From NCBI GenBank assembly GCA_020137815.1, contig CM035360.1, positions 5,704,001 through 5,768,000 of the forward strand: a DNA stretch of 64,000 bases, in the 5' to 3' direction. Position 1 is the stretch's first letter. The number at the start of each line of letters is the position of its first letter. The translations under genes and the position numbers were made by a program. This stretch comes from Hormiphora californensis. Taxonomy: Eukaryota > Animalia > Ctenophora. Shown here piece by piece: positions 1 through 13,048 of the stretch. The notes below the pieces were generated by a model that was not told where the DNA came from, searched no databases, and saw only the letters and a list, made by a program, of their open reading frames with translations.

Positions 1-128
1 TTGTTTCACCCCTTCCCCCATTGTTTGTGGGGTATCCTCATATCACTATGGCACATTAAATCAAGCCATTAATGTCCGACCCATCTGGCACCTCTTCGAC
101 ATGCTTGGGTAAACTCCTAATGTGCTAG

Positions 129-3100
129 ATTGGGAGATTGCAGGACGCAGGTGGCAGAGGGAGAGAAAAAGAGAGCTCCTGACGCAGCTGGATATAGAGA
201 TGTGAGATAGGACGGAAATGAAATGTCATTTTGCCCAAATGAGTAGTCAGAAAAGAATCTACAATTTGTCGTAAAACCTGACCTAAATATAGGTATACCC
301 CGAGTCTTTACTTGCTCGTGACCAAGATGTGTCGAGATTGAGACATGAGTGTGGTGAATGAGAAGGAATTCAATTGCTCTCTCATTCAATTACCCTCTAC
401 CTCTTGCTACTGCTCCTCATGTACTGAGATTGTCGCTCTCAACTTACTTTCCCCAGCTTGCAGTACGTGTGGTGCATGGTAGTTTTTACGCAGTGATCGT
501 GTAATCTTGCCCTGAAGAGTCTGTTTGTTTTGATTCTCAGAGTCAGAAAGTTAACAGTAAACTGTAAAGTTAAGAGTAAAGTCCTCAATAGGTTTCGCAA
601 TGGCCAAGTTGATGGTCCATGCGATTCAGAAACGTCGACAATCAGCACCTTCTGCTGCTTTCTTTGCCAACACACTTCCATCAGGCTCCAACTTAGAGAA
701 AGGTTCGTCATTAGTGTAATTTCCTTGGTCTTTTAGTGCCAGACGGGCTTCTTAGACGGAGTGCAAACCAGGCAACAGGGGTCTTCAACGTTGTCCAATA
801 AACCAGTTCGCATGGTCACATTATTTTCAGTTTTGGAGGAGAATGCAGACCAGGATGATGACCAGGATCTTATCTACGAGGCTCGGTCCATGTCCCCACC
901 CCTAGTATCGACCCCTCCTGTACGGAGAAAGACTCTCGCTGCAACCCAGTTCTCTCCCATACGTGGAGGAGGAGGAGGGGACCTGATGGGGGCATCTTCA
1001 CCGGTCCAAGTTGGGTTCAAACCCATCTCATCAACACGGTAATTATTGGTAGTGGCACAATCATGGTCTTGTTGAGTCACACTTATTAACTATCTGGTAG
1101 TAATTAACCTCACATTTTAGGGAGCTAGTCGCTGCCTCACCTCCCAGACATCTGGTACATGCCCTGACCCCAAAACTACGGACCCCTGTCCAAAGTCCCA
1201 TCCAAGAGCGTATAATGGCTGTGGAGACGATGCTGTGTGAGCTTTCTTTGAAAATGGATAACCTTGCTAGTACCGCCGGAAGCTTCAACAAACGGAAATC
1301 CATACGAATCGGTAATTCTTCCATAATGAACGTCTACCGAGTCTTTATACTTATGTGAATATATCGATCATTCCAACACAGCCGGCTAAAGATTAAAAAC
1401 CAGCATTTTCAGGTGTTTCTAGAAGGACCACGATATCAGATAGATCCATCGCAAAGGAGCAAAGCCATATTAGGACGGAGCTATCTCGGATTTCTCTACG
1501 ACTATCTCACCTGTCACGCGATGTTAAACACTTGAAAAGGTAATTTTTATATCCAATTCTATCAACTATAGACCGCTTTAGACCCCGTAAACTTGAAGTT
1601 GAAGCAGAAGATGACATGTTGACCTCCATCAACCCCTGTGAGGTGGAAAATGACATTATGTTTTGAAAAGCCATCAAAATAACCCATCCCATTCTGTGAA
1701 AGCTAACTCTATTGACAGACCCCCTAGATTAGTTAGACTATTTGATAAGGGTGACTATGAGAGTATGACTACTGATCTTAGTATCATTGACTGGTGTGAT
1801 GTTTTCGGTGACGACATGGATGCTAACTGGAAACAGCTTCTGTGCTATCACGATAAACTCATTGACAAGTACATTCCTACAAAGAAAGTTAAGGCCTCTT
1901 CTTGTCATCTCTGGTCTGGCACAGATTGTGACAGAGCAAAGGAAACGCAAGGAGGCTCTTGTGACAAAGCTAAGACCTCTGGTCTGAGTGCTGACTGGGA
2001 CAAGTATAAAGCTGCTAGAAAAGAATTTAGGAAAACTGTTAATAAGAATCTTTGTTCCTCTCTTGATCTTGACACTACTGACGCCGTTACTAAGAAGTTC
2101 TGGAAGCAGGTTAAGGTCACATCCAAATCAACTAGAATCCCTCCTGTTGTCAATGATGGGAGTGTTTTTAGGACTGATAGGATTGAACAGGCTAACTTGT
2201 TCAATGGCCACTTTGCCACCAACTTCTCGGCACCTAGCAGCTATGACACTGTGAATGTTAGCTTTGACTCAGATGATATGGACAATTTGAATTTTAGTGC
2301 GAGTGATGTTTATGGGGTACTGTCGAAACTCAATACCATGAAGCCTGCAGGCCCTGATGGCATCCATAGCATGATCTATAGAAAGTGTGCAGGTGCATTA
2401 GCTTATCCTTTATCGTTACTTTACAACTTGCCTACAGCATTGGTAGTTACCTACTATTGGAGGACTGCCAAGTTTTGTACCAGTACACAAGAAGGGAGTA
2501 AGAAGGATGTCCGTAACTACCGACCTATCTCCCTGACTTGTATTGCTATGAATATCTTGGAGAGACTTGTTAATATCAGCTCTTAGAGAAGTGTTATAGT
2601 AAGTTGGATCCTAGACAGCACGGCTTCCTTCCCGGAAAGTCCTGTTTAACCCAACTTATTCCCTTTCTCGATGATCTCACTCACTCAAATCATAACAGAG
2701 AAGCAGTTGACATTGTGTATTACGATTTTTCTAAAGCATTTGATAGTGTTAACCATGATATTCTTTGGAGAAGTGAAATATATGTTTAATATGATGGTAA
2801 AATGTTTAATTTATTGCGCTGTTACTTTTGGGGAGGAAGCAGAGAGTTGTTATCAGTGGCAGCCAGTCTGACCTTATTGATGTGCTGTCTGGGGTCCTCA
2901 AGGCTCCATCTTGGGACCCTTCTCTTTATCATGTTCATCAATGTGTATTTTGACTACTAGAGGGAATACCAAGATGGCCCTTTTTGCTGACGATATTAAA
3001 ACTTGGAGCGTTTATAATTGTGAGTCTGACATTATGAATCTTCAGTTTACTATTGACAATCTTTACAAGTGGTCGTGTGTGAATAAGATGAATTTTCACC

Positions 3101-4612
3101 CGGACAAATGTCGAGTCATTTCCATGTCTCCCAGGATCGGATATTTGTCCTGGGGTCAATTACCGTTCTTTCAACCTTCTTATAATCTCAACTGTAACAT
3201 TCTTGATATTGTTGACTACCAGCGTGACTTAGGAGTATTTGTATCTCTAATCTTTCTTGGAGCTTTCACTTTGAATATGTACTTCAGCAATTTATTGATC
3301 GTTTTAACTTACTTAGAGAACCTATTACTATCTCAGTAATATCAACCAGAAGCGGACTCTTATCTTACTATGGTGAGATCAATGCTAGTTCACTGTTGCC
3401 TATCTGGGCACCCCAAGCTATTGGTTTGATAAACAAGCTAGAGGCTGCTCAGAAGCGCTGTTGAAAGGATCTTTAACATTAGTTATTTTAGTTAGGTGGA
3501 GCTCAAATTATTATCATTCACAACTTGCTAATATTGGACTTGTACCCGTTGATATTTTCTTTAAGATTAATGATATGAAACTTCTTCTACAGAATTATCC
3601 ATGGTCTAGTTTATCTTGAGCTACCCCCCTATCTCTCTATCGCTAAACCTAGTGACTTTAACCGTTTGACACGTAGCAATTATGATTTACTAACTATAAT
3701 GACGTTACCTACATTATTTGTTCGATAGAATTTCCCTCTAGTGTACTTCGCAATAGCTATTTCTATAGATCCCATATACTTTGGAACTTAATTCCATACC
3801 ACATACGCCAGTGTTCACAGTTATCTTAGCTTTTCTAAGCAAATTAAGACGTTTCTCTTTAACCCCCTACCAACGTAACTTTGACAGCACTCGGTGACCC
3901 CCCCCCCTCTGGAGGGGCCATTGACCAAATCCTACCGGGTGTTTTCCTGCGGTCCGTCTCCAGCACTCTCCTCCGCACTCCTCCTACTGATATTGAATAT
4001 TGAGCAGCAGCCGCATGCAGTGACTGGGAGGGATTAGATGCAAAGTGACTGTTTTATTTTTCTAACAAGGACTTTAAACTGACGTTGGGGCAGCCTGTAA
4101 GAGCGGGTTAACCCTGTGTTGGCTGCCCTAGATTGAGTAGTGTGTGTTCTATAACCATTTATTTATATATTTACTCATTCTAAATTTTTCTCAATAAAAA
4201 AAGGTTATCAGGAAGTGAGAAACGGACTACAAGTAGCGCAACACCAAAGTTCCGAAACCTTGAAGAGATTCTAAATCAACTTCATATCAAGGTAGGTAGA
4301 GTTTTGGTGTTGGTTCGTCTCCTCCTGGACCTGGAGTCCACGTTTTACTTCCAATAAAATCAGTAGTATAAAAGCTTTCGAATCCTATTTAGTGACTCGA
4401 ATCCTACCCTAATGCCTTGAAGTTGAATCCTGTCTTAGTGCCTTAAATCCTACCCTAGCATGCCTCTCCCGCAGGAGTACAAGGACGTGTTTGTCCGTGA
4501 GAAAATTGGAAAGGACGACTTTCTCCAGCTAACGAAATCTGACCTGAAGGAGCTTGGTCTTCCACTTGGTATTCGCAAACGAATCCTTGCATTTGTGAGA
4601 TCAAAAAGGTAG
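129..4612 (+). CDS. 3' part of a multi-exon gene ending in a C-terminal SAM domain, interrupted by a CR1-type LINE
   Basis: GT-AG exons 831-1038, 1121-1311, 1413-1539 and 1582-~1642 join in frame (Ser/Pro-rich and coiled-coil-like). After the LINE, exons ~4212-4291 and 4475-4612 give FRNLEEILNQLHIK|EYKDVFVREKIGKDDFLQLTKSDLKELGLPLGIRKRILAFVRSKR*, a typical SAM domain. Exons upstream of 831 are less certain. Confidence 0.75.
1692..4202 (+). mobile_element. CR1-group non-LTR retrotransposon, 5'-truncated just after the endonuclease domain, multiple frameshifts
   Basis: Motifs KPAGPDGIH, NYRPISLT, QHGFLPGKSC, DFSKAFDSVNH, PQGSILGP and LFADD are spread over ORFs 1663-2586, 2604-2789 and 2911-3339. 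The 3' UTR ends in an AT-rich stretch and AATAAAAAAA at ~4193-4202. Ends approximate. Confidence 0.9.
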
Positions 4613-4907
4613 TTTAGTGGGTGAGAACATAAAACTGAAAATAATTCTGTACAAAACGCAAATCGAAAAAAGAGACTGAGAGACACTCCGGTACTTCTGT
4701 TCAGAAACAACACACACTCTGTGACACAGTAAATCTTTGACGTGCTACACTGTTGCTACACTGCTGCGTTAGATCTATCGCTGCGAGGGACAGCTGATTA
4801 GCCTGTCAAGTACACCTCAGAGTTGTTACGTTTGATTAAAAAACTGAAAAAGTATAGCTGCATGGAAATTGTCCTTTACCATTTACGAACACACTGTTTC
4901 TGAGAAT

Positions 4908-5924
4908 TTAAACTACCGAGTTTGTTTGTTGAGGCTCCACTGAATTATTCGCGTTAATATTGGAATCACCACCAATTTCTCCTCCTCCCCCTCCGGTGGC
5001 GCTACTTGACTTGTTGTTGCTCCACTCGGTCAACTTCCTGTGGCATATCTGAGTGGCAAACCTAGCAAATCTCCGGTTAGTAAGGGTGTACAGGATAGGA
5101 TTCCCTATACAATTCAGCATACTAAAATGGTAGGAAAAGAGGCGCATAAACTTCCAAGTGATTGGGTTGTGTGCCAGTTTAGCGAGTGTTGAAATTCCCC
5201 ACGGCAACCAACTGATGATGAAGAGACCAGACAAGAAGCAAACCATGATCAGGCCTTTGTAGTGGGATCTAGCTCGGACGCATTTGGAGGAACGGAAAGC
5301 TATCACCCCGAGAATGGCGTTCAGAATGATAACTAGGCACAGGGGAGTAAGAGATAGGCAGATAACAACATAGACCAGGAACAAAGTTTCTGTCTTTTCG
5401 TCCTTGTAAATTGAGGAAGCGCATTTCCCGGCGTATCCCTCGAACTCCGCTGTTGAACCAAATCCTAGCTGAATTGCGAAGACTGACAAGCCAACAGCCC
5501 ACAGAATCCCACAGAATATTCGGACGATCAGGACCGAGACCGTTCTGAATGGGTTCGTCGCCACGAGAAGCCTGTACGCTGTGATAGAGAAAACAAGTAG
5601 AGAGTTCATAATCCAGGGGAGAAACGGCAGTTGGGCGCTAATATAACATCCAAAATCACCCAGCACAAACCGGCCAGCCACGATGCTACTCCATATGGGC
5701 AACACAAAGAACACGCCCATCAGAAAATCAGCAGCTGCCAAGTTTTGGACGAAGATTAGGGATATCTTGTCCAGTTTGATTGCATTGTACCGGATGGAAA
5801 AGTAAAGTACGGCCCCGTTACCGAAAAATACCAGGAGAATGGCGATGGTGTCAAAAATTATGAGGGGTGCCCGCTGCTCCATAGACAGAAGAAGGGTGTA
5901 CTTATCCGTTGTGTTATCGGACAT
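4908..5924 (-). CDS. Single-exon rhodopsin-like (class A) GPCR, orphan
   Basis: Seven hydrophobic segments with GN (TM1), NLAAAD (TM2), AYR at the DRY position, WLP (TM6) and NPILY (TM7). First in-frame ATG is at 5924 (MSDNTT, N-glycosylation sequon). Confidence 0.92.
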   Translation of the reverse strand: MSDNTTDKYTLLLSMEQRAPLIIFDTIAILLVFFGNGAVLYFSIRYNAIKLDKISLIFVQNLAAADFLMGVFFVLPIWSSIVAGRFVLGDFGCYISAQLPFLPWIMNSLLVFSITAYRLLVATNPFRTVSVLIVRIFCGILWAVGLSVFAIQLGFGSTAEFEGYAGKCASSIYKDEKTETLFLVYVVICLSLTPLCLVIILNAILGVIAFRSSKCVRARSHYKGLIMVCFLSGLFIISWLPWGISTLAKLAHNPITWKFMRLFSYHFSMLNCIGNPILYTLTNRRFARFATQICHRKLTEWSNNKSSSATGGGGGEIGGDSNINANNSVEPQQTNSVV

Positions 5925-6150
5925 AATGACACTGGCTTTGAGTAGTGTGCTACTGCTAGAAAGGGCGATAAAAAGTTGGTTCAGAATGAGAATCGAATTT
6001 AAACTCAAACTTAAACTACTAGGGCGAGATCAGAAGTGATTAGATTCAGCTTGCGAGAGAGGTACTAATGATTCGTGAAACTGAGACAAGCAACTTCAAC
6101 AACTGGGTACAACGCGTTATAACGTGCTAATGCTACTCAGTAGTCAGTAT

Positions 6151-6433
6151 TCCCACAATATATCATTTACCCAGTACTCAGTAGCTACTCAGCTAATGCA
6201 ACCATGGAAGTAAATAGTAAACGCGTCATGTTATCAGTTTGACGTTGACAACTGACAAGGGCGTGCACAGACTGATCAAACTTGATCATGACCATTTAAG
6301 TGGTCAAGATTTTTATCAAGTCGCAGAGACACCAGACTGACTAATTTTGATACGCTGAGCCACGTAAGCAACTTTTCCAACCCCTCAGAGGTGAGTAGCT
6401 GAGTAGCTGCTGGGTAAATGATATATTGTGGGA
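6151..6433. mobile_element. MITE-like element with 24-bp inverted ends; a further partial copy at ~6460-6575
   Basis: tcccacaatatatcatttacccag (6151-6174) is exactly inverted at 6410-6433. The interior (6341-6390) resembles the interior of the element at 62596-63409. Confidence 0.55.
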
Positions 6434-7337
6434 TGACTCTGAAGTCAGCGCGAGCGTCATCCCACAATATATACCACTCAACAACAATATATCATTTACC
6501 CAGCAGCTACTCACAGCTAATGCAACTGGAAGTAAATATTGGACGCGTCATGTTATAAGCTTGACACTGACAGCAGTACTTCTCAACGGTCTGCTGGCGG
6601 GCTTGTCGACCCCATCTGAGCGCACTGAGAATCAAATTGGGGCATGGCGCCGCCATACAGTGGCGGGCTGCCATACTCAACAACAATTGTTTGCACCAGA
6701 GATCTAGATAAATGTACCGCGGCCAAAGGTTGTCACTTGTCATGTTAAGGTGGAAACTATGAACACATTCAACGCACGTACACGCTGATCTTGTGACGGA
6801 CTTGGAGGGAGAATGAACATGTTGATGTTTACCAAGGCAGTTGGCATACGACATGAACAACAATACCCGCGTCAGTCGCCACTCATACAACATTTGTTAC
6901 TCAACATAGTGGGGAAGGAAAATGTAAACAATCACACTGCATGTTTTCTCCAGTCACGTGACTAGAAGTAGGGACTGAGCTGCCTGGCCGCTATAGACAT
7001 GCAGGCTGTCATTGTCACGATACCCTGTCTGGCGGTGCTCAAAGCGACAATGTGCTCAGATGGGGTCAGCGGCGCCAGACAGATGATATAGATACCCGCT
7101 TTGGTTACCGTAATGCATCGCACTGGCACTTCGTTGTGGGGAGATTCGACACCGATCTCGCTTGCAGATGGGAAACATGAACACGATCGGGTATCATGAC
7201 AGGCATGCAAGACCGTATCAAATTTGTTTGAACGGCCATCGGCATCCGTGCGGATTTGTTGACAAGTGCGGATGGGAAAATGGAAATCCATACATAACAA
7301 ATGTCAAATACAATTCACGGAAAAATTTCAACCAGCT

Positions 7338-8946
7338 CTTACTTACTTGATACTTGGTACGGTCTCCTCAATCATTCGAGTGGCCGGCTCCAAGTATCCT
7401 CGCTCGTAATGACGTGAGCTGTCTCCACTCATTTCTGTTCTCTGCAGTGTTAGTAATTGCACGGAGAGACTGGGATTGACCCGTAGCGTCTCGATAATCA
7501 TTCAGCACACAGGAGGACCAGGTTTTACGCGGTCTTCCTCTGGAACGTCTCCCATGACTAGGCACCCAGTGGTAGAGTTTGTTGGGCACCCTACCCTCAG
7601 GCATTCTAATCAGGTGTCCAAACCAGCGGAGTCTCCCATTGCCAATGAAGTTCGAGATTGGTTCTATCCCCGCCCTCTCCAGTACCTCCCTGTTAGATAC
7701 TCTCCTAAACCACTGTATTCTCAGGATTCTACGCAGGCAGCGTTGGTGGAATGCCTCCACCCGGCGATCTTGTACCTGAGTAGTTGTCCAGGCCTCACAA
7801 CCATAGAGAAGAACTGTCAGAACAGCAGCTCTGTATATCCTGATCTTGGTACAGGTCCTGATGTTACGGTTGTACCAGATCCTACAAAGCATACTGAATG
7901 CACTGTAAGCCTTCCCTATCCTGATACCAAGCTCCTTGTCGATGGTACCGTCAGAGGACAACGCCGATCCGAGATAGGTAAAACTGGAAACCTGCTCAAC
8001 CGGATTACCCTCCACAGAGATGCTGACCGTATCCGCCTCTGAAAATGGGCGCTGGCTAAGACCCTTTGAAAAAGCCACAACTTTGGTCTTCTTCGCATTA
8101 ATCTTCAGACCAGCGTACCCTGCGTATTTTACCAGCAAATCTGTTGACTCCTGGAGCCCTTCCTCAGTATCATCCATTACAGCCATGTCATCAGCATAGT
8201 CGAGATCCATGATCCATTCCCCACCCTCATCACTCTCAGCGCCGTGAAGAGTGAGACCCCTGGAGACAGTCTTGTTGGACTCAGCAAGCTGAGCCGCCCA
8301 GTTAATCACGATGTTGAAGACTGGTGGACCCTGAATGTCGCCCTGACCGGTACCACTGAGGACACTGAACCAGCTGGAGAGCTCTCCGTCATGTTTCACT
8401 GCACTCACAGTACCGTCAAAGAATGCTCGAATTATCCGGACATACTTCTCTGGAAGACCATAATGGCGAAATGCGGCCCAGATAAAATCCCTGTTAATAC
8501 AGAGAAGGGACTGTAGGAAATTAAGGACTTCTTGACAGATTTTGATAACACCAACCCAACACCTTGCCGCCTCAAACCATCTGCCCTGCCAGAGTTAATA
8601 AAAAGATGCCCGTTATCCAGGGTCATAACCTCCGTACCAGGCCAGTGCGTTTCTGTGAGAAGCAAAACGTCAAGTTGGAAAGATGAAACTGCGTTTGATA
8701 ATTCGTACAACTTAGAGGATGATGACTGTAGAGATAAAACATTCCAAGTTGCCAGATGAAAATGATTACGGACTGCATTAATTGGCTTAAAAGAACTAAA
8801 GGAACTAAAAGAACCCGGAGCGGCTACACCAGGGATGTGTTGGCCAGAAATAACTCTGCGATTGAATGACACCAGATCCGAGACTCCCATCAGGTCGGAG
8901 GGCCCCGAATCACCTGACCCAGCTTTACCCTCCTCCCGTCCTCTGG
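7338..8946 (-). mobile_element. RTE-clade LINE with a large internal deletion and 10-bp TSD
   Basis: APE endonuclease N-terminus (ATWNVLSL, LLLTETHW, GVGLVL) abuts mid-RT (INRDFIW, GTGQGDIQGP, LDYADD) and an RTE C-terminus (LLYGCEAW, RLRWFGHL, GRPRKTW). (AAGT)n tail. tcaaccagct occurs at 7328-7337 and 8947-8956. Confidence 0.9.
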
Positions 8947-9311
8947 TCAACCAGCTCCAGTCAAGTGAACTCAATGAAATCTGATTTCACTTGAAGCTGT
9001 GGACTCAAAAAGTAGTTCTGTGAATGTATATAGATTTCCCATCCTCTGCCTCACAAGATTCACAAGATTCCCATATCCATCTGATTCACTTTGGTCGATA
9101 TTATTTATCCCATTGACGGTGTTATGTGGGCGTTGGACAGTACCGCGCCCGACCGAATTACATGATGATGAATCAGGTCACATCACCCGACGACCGGCCT
9201 TTAGCTTTAGGAGACATGATCCCATTTTATGTGGTGGTTACAGATTCAGAGCATTGGCCTACTAGAGAAAACGTCACTTTTTGAACAGCAACATATCCCT
9301 TTGGCCCTGTT

Positions 9312-10111
9312 ATAGGGATCCCTAATAAAGTTGTGACTTGTCACTGTAAGTCTTGCGGAGGCGCAGTTGTGAGGGCGCCGTTACGATCTGGGTGTTTGGA
9401 GGCCTGTTTACAGGTGCCCGCTGCCAAAAAAGTTGATTCACTAAAATGGCTCTAACCGCCAAACCACTCAACCGTTTTGGCTGATTCAAAGTTTATCTGG
9501 TAAGGAATGTCAAGGCCTAACCCCAACCCAAACTCCAACCCTAACCCTAACCCTACTTTAGCCCTAACCCTAAGAACCGTTTGTCGGCACTCCCAAAACA
9601 CCCAGATTTTAACGCTGGCCCAGTTGTGACTTGTCGGGCGCCGTTACGATCTGGGTGTTTGGAGGCCTGTTTACAGGTGCGCGCTGCCAAAAAAGTTGAT
9701 TCACTAAAATGGCTCTAACCGCCAAACCACTCAACCGTTTTGGCTGATTCAAAGTTTATCTGGTAGGGAATGTCAAGGCCTAACCCCAACCCAAACCCCA
9801 ACCCTAACCCTAACCCTACTTTAGCCCTAACCCTAAAAAACCGTTTGTCAGCACTCCCAAGACACCCAGATTTTAACGCTGGCCTGACTTGTCACCGCGT
9901 GGTGCACGTACCAAAACGCACATGGTTCCCACTGCGCGTAGCTGCGGCGCGGCGCAAACCATGCGGTGACAAATTAAAAATCGCGCATTGACAAGGGTTT
10001 TGACAAGGGTTTTGAAGCCGCGCCGCCACGGGAACCACATGTTTTGTGACAAGTAAAGGCCAACACGACTTGTCACAAGTCACAACTTTATTATTATTTA
10101 GGGATCCCTAT
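9312..10111. mobile_element. Non-autonomous DNA transposon (MITE) with an internal ~260-bp tandem duplication and (CCCTAA)n-like tracts
   Basis: Left end atagggatccctaataaagttgtgacttg is mirrored by caagtcacaactttatt...tagggatccctat. Segments ~9375-9620 and ~9637-9885 are near-identical. Confidence 0.75.
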
Positions 10112-10806
10112 GGCAATGCTCTGACCACAGTTCTCGCTGAGAATAGGGTCAAGCTAATGCTCGGATGGAGGGGGATGCTCTGACAGCTTCGGCCACGCTG
10201 AACTGACATAGACCCGCCATTTCCTGACACATTAGGTGGAATTAATCACAGATAAGAGGACCGGATAACTTTCTATCCACGATCCGCGTTTATTAATTCC
10301 ACCTAGTGTTCCGATTAACAAAATTAAACGCAGTAATTTCAATTGTTCAAGTAGTGGTCTAGTATAAGTACAACTAGTTCAATCGCTCATTCTCTCAGTC
10401 TCACACACTCAGATACCTAAACAAAACACGCTAGATAATAATTCCCAATTCTCTCAGTCGGAGAGGCTCTCTATATCCCTCTCTCCCGGACTCTGTCAGG
10501 ATTCGAGCACTGACCCGATCTCACGGGATGAGAGTGGTCACTGGTCAGGCATCGCGCTGACAGCTCTGACTCGTTCCTTTTTTCACGGGCTCTATTTTGG
10601 GCAAAAGAAATCTCACCCTACAACGATCCCTCTCATTCCCTCTCTCATTTCCAATTTAAGACAACAAAAAAATCTCGATACTACATCATCGACCTATAAT
10701 TATACACGCGACTAACAACTTATTATTGTAATTATACCTGTACAAAAATTCACGACTCGCAAGAAAATAAATAATTTCAGGTACTATTGCCAGCCAAATA
10801 TCCACT

Positions 10807-10842
10807 CTATCTCTCTCTCTCTCTCTCTCCCTCTCTCTCCCT

Positions 10843-10936
<94 letters not shown>

Positions 10937-11799
10937 GCGTGGCACAACCCCAGTTCATACAAACAAATTGCGACACGAGGTACTGCCAATAAAAGGTCTC
11001 TGTGCTAACACCAGAAGCCTGGTACAAAACGAGAAAACAGATTACCATTACGCGGTGAAACTGGATTATATATAAGGTATACTCTCAAATACATACGGAA
11101 AGGGGCGGCTGCATCAGTTACATATAATATATCACTGAGAGATCATATTAAATATGAGGTATAACGACAATACGACAATAACACCAAACTGATAATTAGT
11201 TACTTAAATCAATTGTATCTCGGAGGTTTCCCGTTCAGTACATTGGGGAAGGATTGAACGGGAAAACTCGGTGAACAATTGCAGAGAAACACAGTGCACC
11301 AAGTTATTATATGAGTTGTCATATTTGCCCTGATATATTTCATTAGAAAGTTCTCGCCCTTATTTCCTGGCGATGGTGTGAATCGAGAACCAGGTTTATA
11401 GGAACAAGGGTGAAAATGTTCACTGTTGCTTTGTACGAAAAATAAAAGGACAAATTTGACAACACACATTTCTTAGGCTACACTGTGTTTCAATTAAGTT
11501 TTTATAACTGGTCCGGCATATATGCTTTATATATGATATGTATAGGGAAGATTTAAATTGTGTAAAACGTTTAAAATTAATATTAAATTTAAACACAGTA
11601 GACTGTACGATAATGAGAGACAATAAACCCATTTAAAGCCGAGAAAATATCCCACAAAATGGCAAAATATATTTCTCGAAAATTATAACGGTTTCTCCCA
11701 ATAATAAATCAGACAAAATCTCTTGGAATACAGAAAAACTATAGCTATCACGCAGAGAAGGTCTTTTAGGGATGCAGCTAGAGACATGTGACAGGAAGA

Positions 11800-11883
<84 letters not shown>

Positions 11884-13005
11884 TGATTAAGGGAGAAAGA
11901 CAGAAAGAGAGAGAGAGAGAGAGGAGAGGAGAGAGAAGAGAGAGAGAGAGAGAAAAGAGAGAGGGAGAAAAGAGAGAGGGAGAAAGTGAGATTGACGGGA
12001 GAAATATTACTGTCAAGGAAGCAAGAGTGCTTCATATTTCCGAATATCAGTGGACGTTCGGCGGCAGTGGGAAATCATAGCGGGGGAGAAATAATAACAG
12101 ATAAAAGTTATACTGTAACATTAATTATACATCACTCTCAGTAATTCTCTCTCTCTCTCTCTCCCTCAGTCTCCCTCTCTTTCTCTCAGATATAACACAA
12201 CACAAGTTCATTTTCATTGTCTCTACTATTCACAAAGTTCCCAGAAGCTCCTCTCTCTATCTCTCTCTCACTCTCTCTTTCCCTCTCCCTCTATCTCTCT
12301 TCTCTCTATCTCTCTCACTCTTTCTCTCTCTTTCTCAGGCTGGCACACCATAGCTCTCTAAACTCTCTTCCCCTAAAGTCCATATCCTCGAACATCTCTA
12401 TGACACATCTCCCGCTAATCCTCTGCTGCTAAGTTTCCGATGTGCTGTTAGGTGGAGTCTGAAAAAATAGGAATCGTTAGAAAATATATCAGGAATGTTA
12501 GTGGAACTAATAGTGCCACATACACTGTACTGCCACGCGTAGGGATTGCAAGGGGGAAGATACGGATTTGAACAGCTGCAGATAGGGATACTTCTACAGC
12601 TGATCAAATCTGGGCAGTTGGTGAACTAGTGGTGTTTAATTGGGGGAGAAAAACAGCTACAAAATAATTATGCACATGTACTTTTTTAATCAAAAGAATG
12701 CACACATAGATTTGAATCAAAAGAATGCACATGCTGGAATAGAAAAATGATATTTTTTATTTACTCTGATGTTTTTAATTTTCCCACACAAACACGAGAA
12801 AATCAGTTATTTTTCTTTTTTCTGAAACGAACATAGACAAATCGATAACAGCCGGGCAACCAAGAGAGAAAGAGAGAGAGATGAATAAAGAGATAGGCGA
12901 AACAGAGCCAGAAAAAGATAGAGAGATAGAGAGAGGGAAAGAGAGGGAAAGAGAGGGATAGGGTAGAGAGATAAAGAGAGAAGGAGATAGAGAGAGATAC
13001 AGGGA

Positions 13006-13048
<43 letters not shown>

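Noticed and set aside
530-1660. ORFs upstream of the CR1 read as its ORF1, or the Cys-rich frame at 530-736 as a PHD finger
   Set aside because: The region parses into in-phase GT-AG exons of a host gene, and the Cys-rich frame does not splice in phase to the next exon.
7476-8042. 188-aa plus-strand ORF and other antisense ORFs over LINEs, GRK and the F-box gene
   Set aside because: These are shadow frames opposite well-supported coding sequence.
9517-9835. True telomere or chromosome-fusion site
   Set aside because: Only a few degenerate units, all in one orientation, inside a transposon.
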